This document shows, one piece after another, positions 43,560 to 50,154 of a DNA stretch of 51,039 nt. Source of the DNA: Candidatus Giovannonibacteria bacterium RIFCSPLOWO2_12_FULL_44_15 (GTDB lineage: Bacteria > Patescibacteriota > Minisyncoccia > JACPKW01 > UBA11713); the NCBI GenBank assembly GCA_001778905.1, contig MFIQ01000001.1, positions 9,539-60,577 on the forward strand, in the 5' to 3' direction. The position numbers and the translations under genes are program-made. Under the pieces are notes generated by a model, which had not been told where the DNA came from, did not search any database, and saw only the letters and a program-made list of their open reading frames with translations. The first letter of the stretch is position 1. Each line of letters begins with the position of its first letter.

Positions 43560-43953
43560 TTTAGGAATCGGGGCAGTAGTTTTATTGTTAGTCGGTGGTG
43601 CGTATTTATATCCCCGCGTTTATTCGCCTACAGAAAATTTTGGCTCCGGGACAGCGTCTTTAATTGTCGATTTTGGCAATGGCCAGCGCGAGGTTTTTAC
43701 TGATGAGGAATTTAAGCAAGGCGAAAATTTGTTCGATTTCACGAAAAACGAACTTGAGCGAAAAAATATAAATTTCGAATTCCTGGAATACCCGTCTTTG
43801 GGGAAAATGGTGACCAAAATTGGGGACAAAAAAGGTAGCGCCGAGGATGGATATTGGCAGTATTGGGTAAATGGTGAATACGCATCTGTTGGAGCTTCGG
43901 ATTATTTGCTCAAACCCGGAGACAAAATCGAGTGGAAATTTTCTAAGTTGTAG
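43525..43953 (+). CDS. Membrane-anchored DUF4430 domain protein (putative B12-binding, transcobalamin beta-domain-like)
   Basis: An N-terminal anchor (LGIGAVVLLLVGGAYLY) is followed by GYWQYWVNGEYASVGASDYLLKPGDKIEWKF, the characteristic DUF4430 C-terminal pattern. Confidence 0.65.
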   Translation: MVFKSSKKLKTSLGIGAVVLLLVGGAYLYPRVYSPTENFGSGTASLIVDFGNGQREVFTDEEFKQGENLFDFTKNELERKNINFEFLEYPSLGKMVTKIGDKKGSAEDGYWQYWVNGEYASVGASDYLLKPGDKIEWKFSKL

Positions 43954-44028
43954 CTTGTGCAGTATTCTTAAATTAGTCCGAACGCATTTTTCCGAAAAAA
44001 TCCCCCCGCGAAAATTCGGAAAGGCGGC

Positions 44029-44051
44029 GGCTTGTACTGAGCGAAGTCGAA
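44029..44051 (-). repeat. Copy C of a CACTTCGACnnnGCTCAGTnCAAGC motif
   Basis: The minus strand reads CACTTCGACTTCGCTCAGTACAAGCC. It is inverted relative to copy B at 44800-44823, and the two bracket the 44101-44775 gene. Confidence 0.35.
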
Positions 44052-44100
44052 GTGAGCCGTGCCGCTGACAATTTCAAGTTTTTCTTTGGCGGCAAATTCT

Positions 44101-44775
44101 CTAGGGTAGAGCACATTGGTAATTAGTCGTTTGCCATTCACACTTAAAAGGGAATTCACCGCTTGAATATGAAATACATTGTTCTTGAGACAATAACTTG
44201 ATACAGTCCTGCTCAACCTTAGACGAAGGCCTGGCTCCGGTACACACTACGCGACAATTATATCCGACTTGACTATCTGTTACATAAAAAAAGTGTTTGT
44301 TGCTCTCTCCATTCGTATTCATCACATAGACTTCATACCGACCAGCAGTAACCGGAATGTTTCTTATCTCATAGCAGGGACTGCCGCCTGGATGACACTC
44401 GTCTTGTTCGGCAGGAACAGCAAAAGATAACGTAACGCCGTCTGCAGAATTAAGATACCCAGAATAGTCTGTGCCGAATCTTACAACATTTTGAGTAGCA
44501 GTAAAACCAGAGCCTTTTATTGTCACCGACGTACCAATGGTACTAGAAGATGGAGAAAGATTATAAATTTGAGGACTCACTTTGTTTTTCTTCTGTGATG
44601 TCGTAGTTGTTGATGTTTGGGTCGGTGTTGTAGAGGTGGATATCGGCGGTGTTGGGGTAGAAGTTGGTACTGGTGGGGTTGTTGTTCGCTGGCTCAAAAC
44701 AAAATACCCAGCTATCCCAGCAATAACAACAATTCCTATGATAACTACAATATTTATAAATCCCTTTTGATTCAT
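44101..44775 (-). CDS. Cell-surface protein: N-terminal anchor, Thr/Pro-rich linker, IPT/TIG-like Ig domain, Cys-containing C-terminal domain
   Basis: MNQKGFINIVVIIGIVVIAGIAGYFVL is followed by TTPPVPTSTPTPPISTSTTPTQTSTTTT. Next comes NLSPSSSTIGTSVTIKGSGFTATQNVVRFG (IPT/TIG pattern). Confidence 0.6.
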   Translation of the reverse strand: MNQKGFINIVVIIGIVVIAGIAGYFVLSQRTTTPPVPTSTPTPPISTSTTPTQTSTTTTSQKKNKVSPQIYNLSPSSSTIGTSVTIKGSGFTATQNVVRFGTDYSGYLNSADGVTLSFAVPAEQDECHPGGSPCYEIRNIPVTAGRYEVYVMNTNGESNKHFFYVTDSQVGYNCRVVCTGARPSSKVEQDCIKLLSQEQCISYSSGEFPFKCEWQTTNYQCALP

Positions 44776-44799
44776 ATGATTAAAAAATTTTCTTCCCCC

Positions 44800-44823
44800 A
44801 CTTCGACCCTGCTCAGTGCAAGC
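44800..44823 (+). repeat. Copy B of the CACTTCGACnnnGCTCAGTnCAAGC motif
   Basis: The plus strand reads CACTTCGACCCTGCTCAGTGCAAGC, matching 21 of 25 positions with copy C. A related copy lies inside ileS at 21625-21647 (TTCGACTCCGCTCAGGGCAAGCC). Confidence 0.35.
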
Positions 44824-44834
44824 AAAATTAAAAT

Positions 44835-44948
44835 ATGGTTCCCTCCAGAGGCGGGCAGGCGAGCCGACCCGCTTGCCAGTCGCTATCGCTCTAGGCGATT
44901 GCGGGCCGATGTTTTTCTCTAGGTTCTAGCGATGCGACTTGGAACCAT
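44835..44948 (-). other. Highly structured region between tRNA-Leu and the surface-protein gene (candidate 5' leader or small RNA)
   Basis: The outer 8-bp stem pairs ATGGTTCC (44835-44842) with GGAACCAT (44941-44948). The inner 12-bp stem pairs AGTCGC-T-ATCGCT (44878-44890) with AGCGATGCGACT (44928-44939). There is a GCGGG/CCCGC helix and a CTCTAGG direct repeat (44889-44895, 44917-44923). A possible extended -10 (TGTTATAAT on the minus strand, 44947-44955) overlaps the outer stem. Confidence 0.3.
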
Positions 44949-44968
44949 TATAACACACTTTTCCAACG

Positions 44969-45055
44969 TGGTGCCGCGGGAGGGGGTCGAACCCTCATGA
45001 GCTTGCGCCCGCAGGATTTTGAGTCCTGTGCGTCTGCCAATTCCGCCACCGCGGC
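44969..45055 (-). tRNA. tRNA-Leu (anticodon CAA), CCA encoded
   Basis: The minus strand reads GCCGCGGTGGCGGAATTGGCAGACGCACAGGACTCAAAATCCTGCGGGCGCAAGCTCATGAGGGTTCGACCCCCTCCCGCGGCACCA. It has a 7-bp acceptor stem, anticodon loop CU-CAA-AA, a long variable arm and a T-loop GGTTCGA. Confidence 0.93.
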
Positions 45056-45057
45056 AA

Positions 45058-45294
45058 TTACTTTAAATTATTTAAAAATTCTCTACCTTGCCCACTTTTT
45101 AAGAATTTTTCTCTTTTTCTTGCTTCTTTATAATCTGTATAATTTTCTACCAAGATTAATTCATAGGGAGTATTTGGCTTTGTAGACTTATTATACCCTA
45201 GATTATGACGTCTAATTCGCTCGTTGACGTTGTTTGTTATACCTACGTATCTGAAGGATTTATTTATACTTTCTATAACGTAAACATAGATCAT
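45058..45294 (-). CDS. Small stand-alone GIY-YIG nuclease-domain protein (78 aa)
   Basis: IYVYVIES...FRYVGITNNVNERIRRHN.G...YELILVENYTDYKEARKREKFLK carries the GIY, YIG(YVG), R and E core residues. Its stop codon lies 2 nt from the tRNA-Leu 5' end. Confidence 0.85.
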   Translation of the reverse strand: MIYVYVIESINKSFRYVGITNNVNERIRRHNLGYNKSTKPNTPYELILVENYTDYKEARKREKFLKSGQGREFLNNLK

Positions 45295-45322
45295 ATACTG
45301 CGCGGTCGCCGGAGGCGACTAA

Positions 45323-45363
45323 ATCTGCCATCCGCTTTATCCGCCTGTGGCGGGCACCGCGGC
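45323..45363 (-). other. Partial tRNA-Leu 5'-half-like sequence interrupted by a 19-nt hairpin
   Basis: The minus strand reads GCCGCGGTG [CCCGCCACAGGCGGATAAA] GCGGATGGCAGAT. The tRNA-Leu 5' end reads GCCGCGGTG GCGGAATTGGCAGAC. That gives 9/9 plus 12 identical positions with a 2-nt gap. It lies 29 nt upstream of the GIY-YIG ATG. Confidence 0.35.
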
Positions 45364-45428
45364 ATGTATAGAATTTATTAAGTTTTTCGGTTATTGTCAA
45401 TTTAATAAATTTCATATATTCTCTAACT

Positions 45429-46376
45429 ATGACCGATTTCCCCGAACCAAAAAGAAGCTCAAGCGTTTTCTTTTTGGAAATAGATAAAGTAAAGGCAAAT
45501 CCGCTCCAGCCGAGAAAAGAATTCGATGAGGGTCGCCTTTCCGAATTGGCGGAATCCATCAGGCAGTATGGGATCTTGCAGCCCCTCGTCGTAGCACGAA
45601 AAGAAATTCCGACAGCGTCCGGAGGGGTTATTACCGAGTACGAACTTATCGCAGGAGAGAGGCGTCTTCGCGCTTCCCGTTTGGCGGGATTACGCGAAGT
45701 CCCGGCACTGATCCGCGAAGAACCGACGGAGAAAATTAAATTGGAGCTCGCCCTGGTTGAAAACGTCCAGAGAGAAGATTTGAATTCGGTTGACCGCGCC
45801 ATGGCATTTGATCGCTTAAATAGGGAATTCAATCTTTCCCACCGGGATATAGGCGCACGAATCGGCAAATCGAGGGAATATGTTGCAAATTCGGTTAGGC
45901 TATTGGGCTTGCCGGATGAAATCCAGGCGGCGCTTCGCGAAGGGAAGATTACAGAAAGCCATGCCCGCTATCTATTGGTGATTCAGGATAGGCCGGCGGA
46001 GCAAAAAGCCTTACTCGACGATATAGTTTTTAGAGGACTTAATGTCAGGGAAACAGACCGCATTTTGAAGGAAATAATTTCTCGGGATAAAAAGAATATT
46101 AGCACTCCCGATCCTGGGACAAAAAATATGGAGGAAAAACTTGCTCAAACATTTGGAGCCAGGGTTTATATATCGAAGAATCCGAATGGCGGGAGGGTTT
46201 CTCTGGAATTTTTTTCACCCGAAGAGCTTAATTCTTTCCTGGGACGCTTTGCCGAGCAGGAGAGAGAAGATTTTCAAAGTACCCCGGATAGTTTTGCGGG
46301 AGCGGACGAAGGGATAACTGCCCCTACGCTGGTTTCTGCACCGAGCCAGGACGAATTGGAAGAGTTCACTATTTAA
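45429..46376 (+). CDS. parB: ParB/Spo0J chromosome-partitioning protein
   Basis: ANPLQPRKEFDEGRLSELAESIRQYGILQPLVV ... ELIAGERRLRASRLAGL and an HTH region are present. There is no adjacent parA. Confidence 0.9.
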   Translation: MTDFPEPKRSSSVFFLEIDKVKANPLQPRKEFDEGRLSELAESIRQYGILQPLVVARKEIPTASGGVITEYELIAGERRLRASRLAGLREVPALIREEPTEKIKLELALVENVQREDLNSVDRAMAFDRLNREFNLSHRDIGARIGKSREYVANSVRLLGLPDEIQAALREGKITESHARYLLVIQDRPAEQKALLDDIVFRGLNVRETDRILKEIISRDKKNISTPDPGTKNMEEKLAQTFGARVYISKNPNGGRVSLEFFSPEELNSFLGRFAEQEREDFQSTPDSFAGADEGITAPTLVSAPSQDELEEFTI

Positions 46377-48084
46377 GTATAAAGGCAACTTTTCGGACAC
46401 CTTCTATTTTTTTCAAGCGCAACACGATATTTTCAAGTTCGACTTTATCTTTGGGCACGCAAGTTACCCTTATTGGGACTTCTTCGCTTCCGGATCGGGC
46501 AGAGATTAGGTTTTGTATATTTATCTTGCGCTTGGCAAAAACGGACGTGATGTCTTTAATAAAACCTATCCTATTTTTTCCGTAAATTCTTATTTCAGCG
46601 AGCTTTTTGTCCGAAGACAGAAAAGATTTTTTGGGATATATTCGGAGCGCTTGGCGTATTTTACTTTTAGCCAGGGCTGTCCTGACCAAGGTTAACCATT
46701 CCACTGAAGGTTTCTTATTTTTCTGGGTTATTATTTCGACCACATTGCCGGATCTAAGTTCCCACGAAAATGACATCATCCTCCCATTTATTTTTGCTCC
46801 GGACGCATGATTTCCGATCTCGGAATGGATGTGATAAGCGAAATCAAGGGGGGTTGATCCCTTGGGCAGGTCGATAACATCTCCCTTGGGCGTTAAGACG
46901 AATATCCTGTCCTTAAAAAAATCAATCTTGAGTGCTTCGAGAAATTCTTCGGAGGAGGTATTTTCTTTTTTTAATTCCTTATTCCAATCCTGCAGTTGCG
47001 AGATCCAGTTAAATTTTTTACCCATCGACTTGAACCCTCTTTTTGGCTTTCCGGCTTCGGAATAGGCCCAGTGCGCCGCTATGCCAGACTCCGCTTCGCG
47101 ATGCATTTCGAGTGTCCTGATCTGGAATTCGACTATGACGCGAGGTTCTGTAAAAACACTGGTGTGCAAACTTTGGTACCCATTAGGCTTTGGAAGCGCT
47201 ATGTAATCCTTAAATTTCCCCGGGACAGGCTTCCATAATTTATGCACTACCCCCAGCGCCCCGTAGCAGCTTTTAATATCAGGAACTATTATCCTGAGTG
47301 CAATCAGGTCAGAAATTCTTGACCAATCTCCTTCATAACGCTCAAGTTTTTGCCATGCCGAATACAAATGCTTTTCCCTGTAATTTATTTCAACCGGCTT
47401 AATTTCCGCTTTTTTTAATTCAACTTCAAGTACCCGCAATATCTTCTTTAAATATTTTTCGCGTCCCGGGGCGAATTTTTTAATTTCGTTTGAGATATAT
47501 TCATATTCTTTAGGGTAGAGATATTTCATTGACAGGTCTTCCAGTTGCGCCTTTATGTTCCACATTCCCAGCCGATCGGCAATCGAGGCGTATAAAGTAA
47601 GCGTTTCTCTCGCGATCCTCTCCCTTTTTTCTTGCGGAAGTGAGCCAACCGTCTCCATATTATGGAGACGGTCCATCAATTTTATTATAACGACTCTTAT
47701 ATCTTCAGCGACGGCCAAAAACATTTTTTTGACCGACTCGAGCGCGCGGTCTGCGCCTGTCGCGTGGATCCTATCTACCTTGGTCACCCCATCAACAAGA
47801 AAAGATAATTCTTCCCCAAAATTTTTCTTTATGGTCTTGAGGGTTTCCGGGGAACATTCGACGGCGTCGTGCAGAAGGCCTGCGGCTATTGTGTTTGCAT
47901 CCATTTTTAATTTTGCCAGTTTGAGCGAAACCGCGATTGGATGGGTAATAAAATCTTCTCCCGAAAGGCGTTTTTCGTCCTTGTGAACCCTCAGGGCAAG
48001 TTCAAACGCTCTTTTTAAAAATTCCTTGTCTTTTTCGGCAACATTAAATTTGGATAATTTCTTTTCATATTCTTCCCAAGTCAT
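46369..48084 (-). CDS. rel: Bifunctional (p)ppGpp synthetase/hydrolase, RelA/SpoT (Rel) family, compact 571 aa
   Basis: It has the HD hydrolase motif (HPIAVS...LLHDAVE), the synthetase motifs (DYIALPKPNGYQSLHT, EFQIRTLEMH), a TGS domain (IFVLTPKGDVIDLPKGSTPLDFAY) and an ACT-like C-terminus. Confidence 0.9.
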   Translation of the reverse strand: MTWEEYEKKLSKFNVAEKDKEFLKRAFELALRVHKDEKRLSGEDFITHPIAVSLKLAKLKMDANTIAAGLLHDAVECSPETLKTIKKNFGEELSFLVDGVTKVDRIHATGADRALESVKKMFLAVAEDIRVVIIKLMDRLHNMETVGSLPQEKRERIARETLTLYASIADRLGMWNIKAQLEDLSMKYLYPKEYEYISNEIKKFAPGREKYLKKILRVLEVELKKAEIKPVEINYREKHLYSAWQKLERYEGDWSRISDLIALRIIVPDIKSCYGALGVVHKLWKPVPGKFKDYIALPKPNGYQSLHTSVFTEPRVIVEFQIRTLEMHREAESGIAAHWAYSEAGKPKRGFKSMGKKFNWISQLQDWNKELKKENTSSEEFLEALKIDFFKDRIFVLTPKGDVIDLPKGSTPLDFAYHIHSEIGNHASGAKINGRMMSFSWELRSGNVVEIITQKNKKPSVEWLTLVRTALAKSKIRQALRIYPKKSFLSSDKKLAEIRIYGKNRIGFIKDITSVFAKRKINIQNLISARSGSEEVPIRVTCVPKDKVELENIVLRLKKIEGVRKVAFILK

Positions 48085-50153
48085 TCCTTTTTTTCTATCT
48101 CTTTTCCTTCAAAAGTGCAGGATTTCGATGAGCACTTTATGGAATTTTTGGCTTGCACCAGAGGGGAGGAACATTCCGGGCAGAGATCCCCGGTTGGTTT
48201 TAGCCAAGATGCAAAATCGCATTTAGGCCAGAGGGAGCATCCATAGAACATTTTTCCGCGCTTAGTCGATCTTTCGACTATTTCTCCTTCGTGGCACTTC
48301 AAGCATTTCATATTCAGGGAAACCGGCGGGAGAGGCTTCGCGTTTTTGCATTCTGGAAATCCCGAACATGCCATAAAGCGGCCGAATCTTCCACGTTTGA
48401 TTACCATTGGCTTCCCGCATTTGTCGCATTTTTCGTCGGTTTTTTCCTGAAAATCCCGCTTCTCTACGCTCTCATATTTTTCGGAAAGATGCTTGGAGAA
48501 AGGTTCGTAGAAATCTTTAATTACGTTTTTCCACTGGATCCCGCCCGAAGCGATCTCGTCGAGCTCCTCCTCCATTTTCGCCGTAAATTGTATATCGACG
48601 ACTTCTGGAAAATTTTCAACCAGCATATCGTTTACCAAAAACCCAACCTCTGTCGGCGCCAGTCTCTTTTTATCGTCCCTCTGCACGTAATTCCTGCTCT
48701 GGATCGTTGAGATAATCGGCGCGTAAGTAGAAGGCCTCCCTATTCCGTTTTTTTCCAGTATTTTTACTAGGCTCGCTTCTGTATATCGTGGGGGAGGTTC
48801 GGTAAAGTGTTGCAGGGGATCAAGTTTTTCGAGATTCAGCTTCTCTCCCGGGGAAAGTTCCGGAAGCAGGGCTTCCGAAAATTTAATCGGGTATATTTTG
48901 AGAAAACCGTCGAACTTCATAGTTTGCCCATTCGCTCTGAATGTGTATTCGCCCACATTTACGTCCGCGGAAGTTGAATCAAAAACGGCTTGAGGCATCT
49001 GCGAGGCCACAAACCTTCTCCAAATCAGTTCGTATAATTTCAATTGCCGTTTGTTTAGGAAATTTTTTATTGAATCCGGGGAACGCGAAGGGGAAGTTGG
49101 GCGTATTGCCTCGTGCGCCTCCTGGGCTCCTTTGGACTTTGTTTTGAATCTGCGGGGAGAGGAGAGCGCATAAGTTTTGCCTATCTCCGCTTCGAGATAA
49201 TCTTTGGCATCAGCCAAGGCGCTTTCGGCAACGTTAAGCGAATCAGTCCTCATATATGTTATAAGTCCGGAGGCGCCTTTTTCTCCCAAGTCGATCCCTT
49301 CGTAAAGTTGCTGGGCCAAAAGCATCGTTTGTTTTGCGCTAAAGCCCATCCTGCGGAAAGCTTCCTGCTGGAGGGTTGAGGTTGTAAAGGGCGCTGGCGG
49401 ATTTTTTATTGTTTCTTTTTTTTCGACTGCCGAAACAACCCATTCTTTATTTTCAAGCTCTTTTACGATTCTCGACGCATCATTTTTATTTTTAATAGCA
49501 AATTTATCTAAGGCCTCGCCGCTTTTTTTGGAAAGAAAAGCCTCGAATTTTCCCTTGCCCCCCTCTTTTTCGAGCAGGGCTCCTATACTCCAATATTCCT
49601 CGGGCTTGAAATTCTGTATTTCCCTCTCGCGCTCTACAATCAGCCGGACTGCCACGGATTGGACTCTTCCTGCCGAAAGGCCGCGATAGAGTTTTTTCCA
49701 TAAAAACGGAGAAAGCTTATACCCGACAAGCCTGTCTAAGATGCGGCGAGCCTGCTGGGCGTCCACAAGTTTTAGGTCAATGTCGCGCGGAGCTTTCAAG
49801 GCGGCGTCTATTGCGCTCTTGGTTATTTCATGAAAAACTATTCTATCTACTTTGAGATTTCTCAGTGATAAAGCCTCTGTGAGATGCCAAGCTATCGCTT
49901 CTCCTTCTCGGTCTTCATCGGTGGCCAGTATCACCCCGTCCATTTTTTCTACCTCCTTTTTCAATACGTTAACTTTTTTTCTGGCCATCGTCGGTATTAC
50001 ATATTTTGGCTCAAAACTTTCCTCATCAATTCCCAGCGCGGATTTAGGCAGGTCCCTGACGTGCCCATACGACGAGAGCACCTTAAAGCCCTTTGGCACG
50101 AAGCCGGAGATAGTTTTTGCTTTTGTCGGAGATTCAACGATAATTAATTTCAT
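48081..50153 (-). CDS. topA: DNA topoisomerase I
   Basis: It has the TOPRIM domain (KLIIVESPTKAKTI, ATDEDREGEAIAWH), the active-site region (GLITYMRTDS) and C-terminal zinc ribbons (CDKCGKPM...CSGFPEC, CLKCHEG, CPECSSPL). Confidence 0.95.
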   Translation of the reverse strand: MKLIIVESPTKAKTISGFVPKGFKVLSSYGHVRDLPKSALGIDEESFEPKYVIPTMARKKVNVLKKEVEKMDGVILATDEDREGEAIAWHLTEALSLRNLKVDRIVFHEITKSAIDAALKAPRDIDLKLVDAQQARRILDRLVGYKLSPFLWKKLYRGLSAGRVQSVAVRLIVEREREIQNFKPEEYWSIGALLEKEGGKGKFEAFLSKKSGEALDKFAIKNKNDASRIVKELENKEWVVSAVEKKETIKNPPAPFTTSTLQQEAFRRMGFSAKQTMLLAQQLYEGIDLGEKGASGLITYMRTDSLNVAESALADAKDYLEAEIGKTYALSSPRRFKTKSKGAQEAHEAIRPTSPSRSPDSIKNFLNKRQLKLYELIWRRFVASQMPQAVFDSTSADVNVGEYTFRANGQTMKFDGFLKIYPIKFSEALLPELSPGEKLNLEKLDPLQHFTEPPPRYTEASLVKILEKNGIGRPSTYAPIISTIQSRNYVQRDDKKRLAPTEVGFLVNDMLVENFPEVVDIQFTAKMEEELDEIASGGIQWKNVIKDFYEPFSKHLSEKYESVEKRDFQEKTDEKCDKCGKPMVIKRGRFGRFMACSGFPECKNAKPLPPVSLNMKCLKCHEGEIVERSTKRGKMFYGCSLWPKCDFASWLKPTGDLCPECSSPLVQAKNSIKCSSKSCTFEGKEIEKKE

Positions 50154-50154
50154 T

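Noticed and set aside
44835-44948. I tried to match the structured element to known riboswitch classes. The minus strand contains GACTGGCAAG...CGCCTGCCC, reminiscent of the ZTP/pfl motif. I also compared it with preQ1, guanidine, fluoride and c-di-GMP classes.
   Set aside because: The key invariant strings (for example GACUGGCG ... CCGCCUGGGC for ZTP) are not reproduced. The downstream gene is a surface protein and does not fit those regulons. The element is kept as an unclassified structure only.
2526-45868. Long ORFs in the six-frame track lie antisense to, or out of frame with, conserved genes. They are 2526-3143(-), 9721-10242(-), 10986-11570(+), 14164-14889(-), 20802-21395(-), 28973-29500(+), 32306-32854(-), 39536-39937(-) and 45260-45868(-), along with many smaller ones.
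   Set aside because: Each is fully embedded in a gene with strong family motifs on the other strand or in another frame. Their translations are low-complexity (Ser/Pro/Arg/Phe-rich) with no recognisable motifs. They are treated as shadow ORFs.
45295-46400. I looked for a parS site (TGTTTCACGTGAAACA-like) near parB.
   Set aside because: The CACGTG cores I noticed in the window (about 29414 and about 28674) have flanks that do not match parS. I saw none in or next to parB. A proper pattern search is still advisable.
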